64,000 nucleotides of DNA from Candidatus Babelota bacterium (GTDB taxonomy: Bacteria; Babelota; Babeliae; Babelales; Chromulinivoraceae): contig JAPLIP010000036.1 in NCBI GenBank assembly GCA_026389065.1, positions 815 through 64,814 of the forward strand. Direction: 5' to 3'. A model generated the notes under the pieces. The model made no database searches. It saw only the letters and a list, made by a program, of their open reading frames with translations, and had not been told where the DNA came from. Shown one piece after another: positions 1 through 8,407 of this stretch. A program made the position numbers and the translations under genes. The first letter of the stretch is position 1, and each line of letters starts with the position of its first letter.

Positions 1-2
1 CT

Positions 3-1166
3 TTGCAATGCCTGAAAAACAATTTAAGCGCATCGCAATGTTCAAACGTTACTATTTGTGAAAAACCAGTAAAGCAAACAAGCGATCATGTTGTTTTTGG
101 GCCAAGAGAAAACGCTCTTAATCTATCTACTTCACATGTAAAAAAGGAATCAGACAATATAAATGATTACAGCATTCAAGCCACAACTTTTAAACAATTA
201 ATATATGATTTTGTATATGAAAACGATGCAATAGAAAATAAAAAAATATCATTTATTAAGTGCGACATTGAAGGCGGCGAAGAGAGCATTCTCGAAGACC
301 TGCTGCATTTTGCTTATAACAATAAAGCAAAGGCGTATATTTCATTTCATTTAGATTGGTGGGAAAATAAAAACATTGCCGAATTCGAATATTTATTTAA
401 ATTTTTTAAAACAAGCTGCCCAAGTCTTAACATTGCTGACTATATTAAAAAAAATCCTTTCACTTCTATCCTCTTTGAGCCGTTGAGCGATGCGGGAACT
501 TTAATAAAAAAGAATATGCCAATTGTAATTATTGGATATAATCAACTTACCTATATTAAGCATATGGTTTCTCAATTAGAAAAATACACGACCGATATAA
601 TCATTATAGACAACAATAGCAGCTACGAGCCATTGTTAAATTACTATGCAAATGATTTCAAGTACACACTTCTAAGGCAAAAAATTAATCATGGACATCG
701 CATTATTGCAAATCGATTTATACAAAGTGTAATTGGTGATATTCATATAATGACAGATCCAGACTTAAAATTTAACATTAATCTACCCAATGATTTTATT
801 AATATTTTGGTGGCCCTATCAAATCACTTTAAGGCTCATAAAGTTGGCTTTGCATTGCACATTAACTCTGACCAAATAAGAACAGACGTCTTCTGTAATG
901 GCTGCACTATTAAAAAATGGGAGAGTCAATTCTGGAAAACAAGATTAATCTACCCATTAAATTACTCCTTAGAGCTATACAAAGCTCCAATCGATACTAC
1001 TTTTTGTTTAGTTAACCACAAGTTTTATCTTGGCTACAATATAAGAGTTGCGGGAAACTATACCTGCCTACATCTTCCATGGCTCAAAGACTTTCAGAAT
1101 CATATGCCATCTGAAGAATATGAAGCATATTTAAAAAACAACATATCTTCTACATGGATTAAATAA
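3..1166 (+). CDS. Partial (5' end outside window) two-domain sugar-modifying enzyme: FkbM-type methyltransferase C-terminal part fused to a GT2-like glycosyltransferase domain
   Basis: ORF is open to the window edge. 'FIKCDIEGGEESILEDLL' resembles the FkbM-family methyltransferase core. 'MPIVIIGYNQLTYIKHMV...DIIIIDNNSSYEPL' resembles the N-terminal region of family-2 glycosyltransferases. Confidence 0.5.
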   Translation: MQCLKNNLSASQCSNVTICEKPVKQTSDHVVFGPRENALNLSTSHVKKESDNINDYSIQATTFKQLIYDFVYENDAIENKKISFIKCDIEGGEESILEDLLHFAYNNKAKAYISFHLDWWENKNIAEFEYLFKFFKTSCPSLNIADYIKKNPFTSILFEPLSDAGTLIKKNMPIVIIGYNQLTYIKHMVSQLEKYTTDIIIIDNNSSYEPLLNYYANDFKYTLLRQKINHGHRIIANRFIQSVIGDIHIMTDPDLKFNINLPNDFINILVALSNHFKAHKVGFALHINSDQIRTDVFCNGCTIKKWESQFWKTRLIYPLNYSLELYKAPIDTTFCLVNHKFYLGYNIRVAGNYTCLHLPWLKDFQNHMPSEEYEAYLKNNISSTWIK

Positions 1167-1214
1167 TATTTACAAAGCCATTAATTTAAACAAAAACTTT
1201 TAGGATTTTAAACA

Positions 1215-2360
1215 ATGTCACAAAAAAATTACACCAAAATATTATTAATCTTTTTAACTAGTTTTTCTCACTTAAAAATTAATTGTTGGTGGTTCGATAT
1301 CCTTCCAATAAAACAAATCATTCAAGAAAATCCATCAATTAAATATACAAAATGTTTTGATCCTGTTGATTTTAATTATGCAGAGTTTCCCTTGTCTTTG
1401 AATCAGTCGTGGCATCCAAACAAGGGAAGATTCGATGAAACATTTGTCATAACCATTCCAAACGGAACCCTACAATCAAAAAATGGATTTACTGTCATAA
1501 ATAATCACTTTATCGATGAAATGATTTGGAAAAAATTTATGCACAACCTCCAACTTGTAAAACAATATAACTATAAGCCACAATACTTTGCGAAACGAGT
1601 TGCGGTCATTACGCAGCCTGCATACGGAAATTATTTCCATTGGCTGACAGAAGTACTTTGCAGATTAGCCCTTTTAGAAATAAGCGGCGAGCCATATGAT
1701 TATATTTACACCCCGCAAGACAGAGCTTACATAAAAGGTAGTTTAGATCTTTGGGGAATCCCACAAGAAAAAATACTTACGCCTTCAAACGATGATACCT
1801 ACTTGCAAGCAAAAGAGATTATAATTCCATCTCTTGTCTCAAATAGCAGCTTAAATAGTATTTATTTTTCTTGTTATGTGCAGCCGCACCTTATCAAATA
1901 TGTTATAAATAAACTGCTTGCTGCGGCAAAAGAATTTCCATCTGAGCACGAAAAAAGTAAACGCATTTTTATTTCAAGAAAAGATTCTCCACAAAGAAAA
2001 CTTTTAAACGAAGATGATGTGTTTGCATTGCTAAAGCCTCATGGCTTTGTGCGCTATGAACTTGAGCATTTATCCGTAACTCAACAAATTTTATTATTTC
2101 ACAATGCAGAAATTGTTATTTCACCACAAGGTACTGGCCTGGCAAACTGTATATTTTGTACACCCAAAACTCAGATTATAGAACTTTTCCAAGGGCTGAA
2201 TGATTGTACTTTTTGGTATTTATCACAAGAGCTTGGTTTAAATTATACGCCCATTAAAACAATAGAATTTTCACCGAATTACTATTCCGGATGGAGTGAT
2301 AACACAAGTATGCCGCTCGATATTATTCAAAAAATGATAGGTGATTTAAATATTGATTAA
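1215..2360 (+). CDS. Glycosyltransferase family 61 / DUF563 protein (paralog 1 of 4)
   Basis: Family hallmarks 'NYFHWLTEVLCRLALL' and 'RIFISRKDSPQRKLLNEDDVFALLKPHGFVRYELEHLSVTQQILLFHNAEIVISPQGTGLANCIFC'. Hydrophobic N-terminus. Confidence 0.75.
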   Translation: MSQKNYTKILLIFLTSFSHLKINCWWFDILPIKQIIQENPSIKYTKCFDPVDFNYAEFPLSLNQSWHPNKGRFDETFVITIPNGTLQSKNGFTVINNHFIDEMIWKKFMHNLQLVKQYNYKPQYFAKRVAVITQPAYGNYFHWLTEVLCRLALLEISGEPYDYIYTPQDRAYIKGSLDLWGIPQEKILTPSNDDTYLQAKEIIIPSLVSNSSLNSIYFSCYVQPHLIKYVINKLLAAAKEFPSEHEKSKRIFISRKDSPQRKLLNEDDVFALLKPHGFVRYELEHLSVTQQILLFHNAEIVISPQGTGLANCIFCTPKTQIIELFQGLNDCTFWYLSQELGLNYTPIKTIEFSPNYYSGWSDNTSMPLDIIQKMIGDLNID

Positions 2361-3573
2361 GGCTTTTAAAGATACTATTTTACAATTTATATATAAAGCT
2401 GAGGCCACCTTGAACATTAAAACAATAGCTTGCTTTTTATTCAGCATAACAATCTGGTCAAATATTTTTCCAGTAATTGAAGATGAATTTGCACAAAAAG
2501 ATAAAGTAGAATCTTTATATGATTTTTTAAAAACTTCCAATAATGCTTTAACCACAGAAGAAGGGATATTAATTAAAAATGAAATATCAACAGTTGTTAT
2601 TATGTGCCCAGCGCTAGTTACTGGGGGCCCCGAAAACCTATGTCAAATTTCTTTAGAATTAAAAAAATTAGGGTTTAACGTTTATCTGCTTTGGTTCATA
2701 AGTGAGTCAATGATTAAAAGAAAATATCAAAATAGCTCATGGTATCTTTGTGGCAATAGTGACGACCTTACACCAAATATATACAAAGCTGAATACGAAA
2801 TAGAGCACCTAAAAAATGACGTAATATTAGACAAGTCTACTATGATAATTCTACCAGAAGGCATGTGTGATTTTTTACCATTTTTTAATGGTGCCTCAAA
2901 AATGATCGCATGGCTTTCTATAAATAATATGCATGGATTTGATAGGTCAAATACTTGCAGAGACCTAATAGATAAAAAGAGCCTACGTTTGCTAGACTGT
3001 TCTCATGCCGCACAAGCTCCTTGGATACAAAAAATATTAAGCTCGTGGGGAGCGAAGTCTTTTTTGCTTGGTGATTATATTAATAAATCTTATTTCAACG
3101 CTTCACCTGTTGCAGCCAAAGAAAATTGCATTGCGTACTATCCATCGAAAGGACGGCACCTTGGAGAGTTATTCACTCAAAACAATCCTATGTATAAATA
3201 TATTCGTCTTCAAAATTTAAACTCTTTTGGAATGCTTTGGGCTCTAGATACATCAAAAGTTTATATAGACTTTGGACACTTTCCAGGCAAAGACAGAATT
3301 CCACGTGAGGCATTGCTTAGGGGTTGTATTATTTTTATTCACAATCAAGGTTGCGCAACAGATTATGAATCATTTCCAGTCGACGATTATTTTAGATTTT
3401 CAGATACAGATGTAATTGATGGTACTCTTGAAGCTAAGATACGAAATGCCTTGGATAATTATGAAGATTTGTACGCAAAGCAGGAATTAATTCTAAACTC
3501 CGTAAAACAAGAATATTTTAGTTTTTCTAAACAGGTTTCACAAATTTTTGGTTCGCCAAAAAGACAATTTTAA
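2353..3573 (+). CDS. Hypothetical protein, possibly a GT-B fold glycosyltransferase; start codon uncertain (TTG at 2353 overlaps the upstream stop)
   Basis: Long ORF in a glycan gene cluster. 'VVIMCPALVTGGPENLCQISLELKKLGFNVYLLW' resembles the N-terminal GGxE/xxLAxxLxxxG motif of GT4-like enzymes. N-terminal hydrophobic segment. Confidence 0.4.
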   Translation: MIKAFKDTILQFIYKAEATLNIKTIACFLFSITIWSNIFPVIEDEFAQKDKVESLYDFLKTSNNALTTEEGILIKNEISTVVIMCPALVTGGPENLCQISLELKKLGFNVYLLWFISESMIKRKYQNSSWYLCGNSDDLTPNIYKAEYEIEHLKNDVILDKSTMIILPEGMCDFLPFFNGASKMIAWLSINNMHGFDRSNTCRDLIDKKSLRLLDCSHAAQAPWIQKILSSWGAKSFLLGDYINKSYFNASPVAAKENCIAYYPSKGRHLGELFTQNNPMYKYIRLQNLNSFGMLWALDTSKVYIDFGHFPGKDRIPREALLRGCIIFIHNQGCATDYESFPVDDYFRFSDTDVIDGTLEAKIRNALDNYEDLYAKQELILNSVKQEYFSFSKQVSQIFGSPKRQF

Positions 3574-3751
3574 CACTTAAGGAATAAAAACAAAACATGT
3601 TATAAATTACAATTGTGCATCAAATAAATTTAACCCAAAGTATTATATTTTATTACTAATACAAAGGATAACAGATGTTCTTTATGCCGCTTTTTTATTA
3701 CTATGCCCTGCCCTCCATGCAGATTTAAGCAAAGATCTTTATTTAGATCTT

Positions 3752-4546
3752 ATGAAAAAATGTTTAATTAATTCTATATATCAAGACACTGCATATGCCA
3801 GCCAAAACCATAGCAACCCATATCAAGAAAAAGTTCGCGAAAATGGCCTTGATTGGCCAGATGCAGCACATACAATGATCGGCCTGCATAGGTTAAATAA
3901 TTTACAATTTTGTGTTGAAGATGTGCTACAAAATAATATACCTGGAGATTTAATAGAAACAGGCGTATGGAGAGGTGGTGCTAGTATATTTATGAGATCA
4001 ATTTTAAAAGCATATGAAAATACTGAAAAAAAAGTTTTCGTTGCTGATTCTTTTGAAGGAATGCCAAAGGTAAATACCGAGCTCTATCCAGATGATAAAG
4101 ATTTTGCAATTTTAACTAACTACAACAATGTTTTAGCGATTCCTTTACACCAGGTTCAATATAATTTTAGTCTTTATGGGCTGCTAGAAAGCCAAGTTGT
4201 TTTTTAAAGGGATGGTTCAAAGATACTCTTCCTAATGCGCCAATGGAAAAACTAGCGGTTATGAGACTTGATGGTGACTACTACGAATCAACAATGGATG
4301 CTCTTACTAGCCTATACCCAAAGCTATCAATTGGTGGATGATGGTGACTACTACGAATCAACAATGGATGCTCTTACTAGCCTATACCCAAAGCTATCAA
4401 TTGGTGGATGGGTAATTATTGATGATTACAATATCCCGTGTTGCGCTAAAGCAGTACATGATTTTAGAAACAAATTTAATATTACTGACGAGCTATGTAA
4501 AACAGCGGATAATATAGGCGCTTTTTGGAAGCGAACAAAAGAATAA
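3752..4546 (+). pseudogene. TylF/MycF-type (macrocin-O-methyltransferase family) sugar O-methyltransferase, disrupted by a T-run frameshift (about 4200-4207) and a 70-bp tandem duplication (4271-4410)
   Basis: Family motifs are split over frames. Frame 2 has 'LYLDLMKKCLINSIY...LIETGVWRGGASIFMR...VFVADSFEGMP'. Frame 1 has '[45 protein letters not shown]' followed by a stop. Frame 2 then has '...GGWVIIDDYNIPCCAKAVHDF'. Conserved residues ('DLSKDLYLDL') continue upstream of the 3752 ATG. Confidence 0.8.
4271..4410. repeat. Perfect direct tandem duplication, 2 x 70 bp (4271-4340 and 4341-4410)
   Basis: The string atggtgactactacgaatcaacaatggatgctcttactagcctatacccaaagctatcaattggtggatg occurs twice back to back. 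70 is not a multiple of 3. Confidence 0.97.
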
Positions 4547-4627
4547 TTTATTTCATGTAGTAAATAAAGAAATGGAATTGCTATAAAAATTAGCAATTCC
4601 ATTTCTTTTCAATTCTTATTGATTCTT

Positions 4628-5788
4628 TTACAGCTCAGGATTCTGTACTAAAAACTCTTTAACTTTTTCCAAAGATAACGGAACTGGCGCTGTCCATGGT
4701 CCATGATGAACTTCAAGACCAGGAGAATCATCGATAGCGCTATACTTTAATCCAAAAATTTCACCAACATAAAAGAATGTAGCCTCAACCATTTTTTGTG
4801 TAATTTCTATGTAATGAGTTCCTGGCTTACAAAACATAATATTTGTACTACCTGATCCCAAAAACGAAACTATTGTTTTTGCGTTATTAAATAATGAAAT
4901 TTTTTCTGCAACAGACAGCCTAGCTAATTCGTATCTTTTAAATCCAAGTGGCTCAAATAAAGCAAACACTTCATCTTCATTTGGGATTGCTCTTTTTCCA
5001 CCAGCATCTTTTCTTGAAATAAATATTTTTTCTGAACGCTCAGTATCAAGCTTTAAAGCTTCAACCCCAGCTAAAATTTTATTGTGAATATGTTTCATTA
5101 AAAAATCTACATAGTGATTTACGAGCCAAGAAGGTGGTACCTTACATCCAGATACGGACGTTGGCATAATAATAACATCTGCATGTATGCACCCAGTCGT
5201 TACCATCGGTATAATTTTTGATCTATCTATTCCCCAAAGATCTAATGATTCTTGCATAAATTTTTCATAGTAAGGAATGCACAAGTAGTCATACTCAACG
5301 CCATAAACTTCAAGCAATGCTAGCTGGCTAAGTATCTCAAAAAACCAAAGTCCATAGCAATAAGGGTACAAACGAGAAACAATTGCAACACGACCTGAAA
5401 CTTTCAAAATATTTGATGGCGCTTCTTGATCAATAAAATCTTGGTTGTTAAAAAAATTTAATCCACCCATTTGAGTTTCTTTAACAAAAGAATCGTTTAC
5501 ATAAACATATCCTGTTTTATCAAAAAGAGCTGTCCCTTGAGGAACCTCTAGAATAAACATATCAACATGCTCACCTTGCGACGGAAAATAGTTAACATGA
5601 TCCTGATACAGTGGAAACGGAGCATGATTAAAAGAATAGTTACTTGTGCATTGCACATAACTTGACTGCGGAAACTCTTTTACAAAATCTGACAATGACC
5701 TTTGATAAATCCGTGATGCTTGTAAAAATGTGCTTACAAAACAAATAAAGCTCACAAATAAAATATTACGCACAAACTTCATCAACAA
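4628..5788 (-). CDS. Glycosyltransferase family 61 / DUF563 protein (paralog 2), N-terminal signal anchor
   Basis: 'YCYGLWFFEILSQLALL' and 'KIFISRKDAGGKRAIPNEDEVFALFEPLGFKRYELARLSVAEKISLFNNAKTIVSFLGSGSTNIMFC'. Hydrophobic N-terminus 'ILFVSFICFVSTFLQA'. Confidence 0.75.
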   Translation of the reverse strand: MLMKFVRNILFVSFICFVSTFLQASRIYQRSLSDFVKEFPQSSYVQCTSNYSFNHAPFPLYQDHVNYFPSQGEHVDMFILEVPQGTALFDKTGYVYVNDSFVKETQMGGLNFFNNQDFIDQEAPSNILKVSGRVAIVSRLYPYCYGLWFFEILSQLALLEVYGVEYDYLCIPYYEKFMQESLDLWGIDRSKIIPMVTTGCIHADVIIMPTSVSGCKVPPSWLVNHYVDFLMKHIHNKILAGVEALKLDTERSEKIFISRKDAGGKRAIPNEDEVFALFEPLGFKRYELARLSVAEKISLFNNAKTIVSFLGSGSTNIMFCKPGTHYIEITQKMVEATFFYVGEIFGLKYSAIDDSPGLEVHHGPWTAPVPLSLEKVKEFLVQNPEL

Positions 5789-5883
5789 ATTCCTTTTTCA
5801 TTTAAAATAAATCTATTCATTTTTTTAATTATTTTTTGCTACAAATTAAGCCAAAGATCTTTTGTCTCTTTTTATTATTAATA

Positions 5884-7050
5884 TTATAAATCAGGGTGCT
5901 CAACTAAAAATTTTTCAATTTTGTGCAAAGGGAATGGCTCTGGAGACGCCCAGATACCACCACCATTATCTACAAAAGTAGAATCATTAATAAAGCTATA
6001 TTTTAATTTACATGTGTCAGAGACAAAGAAAAATGTAGCATCAACCATTTTTTGAGTAATCTCTACATAGTTAGTTCCAGCCTTGCAAAATAAAATATTT
6101 GCAGCTCCAGATCCAACAAATGAAATTACTGTTTTTGCATTATTAAATAGTAAAATCTGCTGAGATACCGACAAATGCTCAAGCTCATATCTAACAAAGC
6201 CATATGGCTTAAATAGTTCAAATACTTCATCTTCATTTAACACAGATCTTTTTCCCTTAGCTCCCTTACGAGAAATAAATATCTTTTCTGGAAAATTATA
6301 AGACTTTTCTGATAAAGAATTTACACCATCAATCATTTTATTTCGAACATACATCAATAAAAAATCATGATAATAATTGCAAGAGACGCGAACTCCTGGC
6401 TTATCTTGAGATATTGCTGTTGCCATTATTACAGAGTCAGCTTGTATAGTAGCACCATAAACAATTGGTACAATTTTTGATCGATCAATACCCCAAATAT
6501 CTAATGATTGCTGCATAAATTTTGTATAATAAGGAATACACAAATAATCATATTCTATATTATTAATCTCAAGAAGTGCCAGCTGACCAAGCACATCAAA
6601 TATCCAATGGCCATAGCAATATGGATATAAATGAGAAACAATGGCAACTCGACCTGGAATTTTTGTAATTCTTGAAGGGTTTTTTCTATCAACAAAATTA
6701 CTTTTATGAAAAGAGCTTAAATTTTTAATTTGAGTTTCTTTAATAAAAGAATCGTTGATGTAAACATATCCTGAAACATCAAACAACACAGAAGCCTTTG
6801 AGGCCTCTAAAAGAAAAATGTCAGCATGCTCACCTTGTGATGGAAAAAATTTAGAATCCTCTGGATACAGTGGAAAAGGAGCATGATTAAAAGAATAGTT
6901 ATTTGTACATTGCAGATAACTTGACTGCGGAAACTCTTTTACAAACTCTGACAAAGACCTTTGATAAATCCGTGATGCTTGTAAAAATGTGCTTACGAAG
7001 CAAATAAGACTTAGTATCCATGTGTTAACAATTCTTTTCACGTACTCCAA
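5884..7050 (-). CDS. Glycosyltransferase family 61 / DUF563 protein (paralog 3), close tandem duplicate of 4628-5788
   Basis: Same motifs ('YCYGHWIFDVLGQLALL', 'KIFISRKGAKGKRSVLNEDEVFELFKPYGFVRYELEHLSVSQQILLFNNAKTVISFVGSGAANILFC'). N-terminal ~55 aa are nearly identical to paralog 2. Confidence 0.75.
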   Translation of the reverse strand: MEYVKRIVNTWILSLICFVSTFLQASRIYQRSLSEFVKEFPQSSYLQCTNNYSFNHAPFPLYPEDSKFFPSQGEHADIFLLEASKASVLFDVSGYVYINDSFIKETQIKNLSSFHKSNFVDRKNPSRITKIPGRVAIVSHLYPYCYGHWIFDVLGQLALLEINNIEYDYLCIPYYTKFMQQSLDIWGIDRSKIVPIVYGATIQADSVIMATAISQDKPGVRVSCNYYHDFLLMYVRNKMIDGVNSLSEKSYNFPEKIFISRKGAKGKRSVLNEDEVFELFKPYGFVRYELEHLSVSQQILLFNNAKTVISFVGSGAANILFCKAGTNYVEITQKMVDATFFFVSDTCKLKYSFINDSTFVDNGGGIWASPEPFPLHKIEKFLVEHPDL

Positions 7051-7072
7051 CCTTTTTAGCTAAAAAATTAAC

Positions 7073-8242
7073 TTAATATGATATTTCATTTACATGTAGG
7101 GATATAAAGTTTTTAATAATATCTACTGGAACGATAGTGCTATCGGCCACGTGGCCACGACTTGTAAATTCAGTTTTTAAACCAAAATAATTACATTTCA
7201 TATCTTGTGCAAGATTGCAAAAATGAGCATCGTATAATTTTTGAAAAATTTCGATAATCATGGTATTTGGTTTGCAAAATATAATATTTGCAAGTGCTGA
7301 TCCATGAGCGCCAACAATTACGTCTGCTCCATTAAATAAAACAGCCTGTTCAAGGAGTGACATTTTACTAAGGCAGTAACGCTTAAATCCCTTTTCTTCA
7401 AACAGTACAAAAATCTCATCTTCATTTACTATTGACCTAGTAAATCCATCTTTTCTAGAAATAAAAACTTTTTTTGAAAAATTATAGTTTGTTTCAATAT
7501 TTTTCACCTCTGGTAAAAACTTAGACCTAATATTATCTGTCATCCAATATGGCCAATATGCAGTTGCTGGATACCAATCATAAACTGGATCAGTTGCACA
7601 AACATCTCTTCGTATTGCCATAGATGGAACGATCAATTCATCTGCCTGAATGCATTGATCTTCCCCTGTGCACTCTATAATTTTTTCCAATGGAATGCCA
7701 TATAACTCATATGTTTCTTTCATATATGGTGCATACTTTGGAGCAAACAGCCAATCATATTCAATCCCTGATTCTTGCAATATTATTAATCTTGGTAGCA
7801 CGTCATTAAACCAATGAGAAAAGACTTTATGTAGCGACGTTGTAATTACAGCAACCCTGCCTGATATTTTTGTCACTTTATTCAAATCTGTTTTTTTAGC
7901 TAAAAAATCATTGACCTGCGCACCAAATGGAACCAGTTGGTTAAAAAAATCTTTGACTATGTGATTATCGATTTTGATCATCCCAAAATCAGAGCAAACT
8001 ATTCCCTTTGGAATTGTCACTACAAAAGTCTCAGATAAAATTCCTTCTATCGGTTGAGCCTCATTTGTAGACGTAGAAACGGACAATTTTTCATAACAAA
8101 ACTTTAATGGATCATGGTGTTTAATATACGAAATATCTTTTCTAGATAGCATCACGTCATGAAGTGATGCAAAAGAAATGTCTTGGGCTTTTAATGAAAT
8201 AACAGATGAGAATACTGACAATAACAAAGTTATTTTTTTCAC
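7073..8242 (-). CDS. Glycosyltransferase family 61 / DUF563 protein (paralog 4), signal peptide
   Basis: 'KVFSHWFNDVLPRLIIL' and 'KVFISRKDGFTRSIVNEDEIFVLFEEKGFKRYCLSKMSLLEQAVLFNGADVIVGAHGSALANIIFC'. N-terminus 'MKKITLLLSVFSSVISLKA'. Confidence 0.75.
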   Translation of the reverse strand: MKKITLLLSVFSSVISLKAQDISFASLHDVMLSRKDISYIKHHDPLKFCYEKLSVSTSTNEAQPIEGILSETFVVTIPKGIVCSDFGMIKIDNHIVKDFFNQLVPFGAQVNDFLAKKTDLNKVTKISGRVAVITTSLHKVFSHWFNDVLPRLIILQESGIEYDWLFAPKYAPYMKETYELYGIPLEKIIECTGEDQCIQADELIVPSMAIRRDVCATDPVYDWYPATAYWPYWMTDNIRSKFLPEVKNIETNYNFSKKVFISRKDGFTRSIVNEDEIFVLFEEKGFKRYCLSKMSLLEQAVLFNGADVIVGAHGSALANIIFCKPNTMIIEIFQKLYDAHFCNLAQDMKCNYFGLKTEFTSRGHVADSTIVPVDIIKNFISLHVNEISY

Positions 8243-8407
8243 TTACTTTACTCTTTTTTTTAAACTAAAAACTTAATCAATCAATAGTAAAGAAAGCGCG
8301 AATTAATGTCAAAATATGAATGATTTTATAATTTGATTGAACTGTTGCAAAATCTGGATAAAAATAACAATAATAATCATTTTTATTTAAAGCTTAGAGA
8401 GGAAAAA

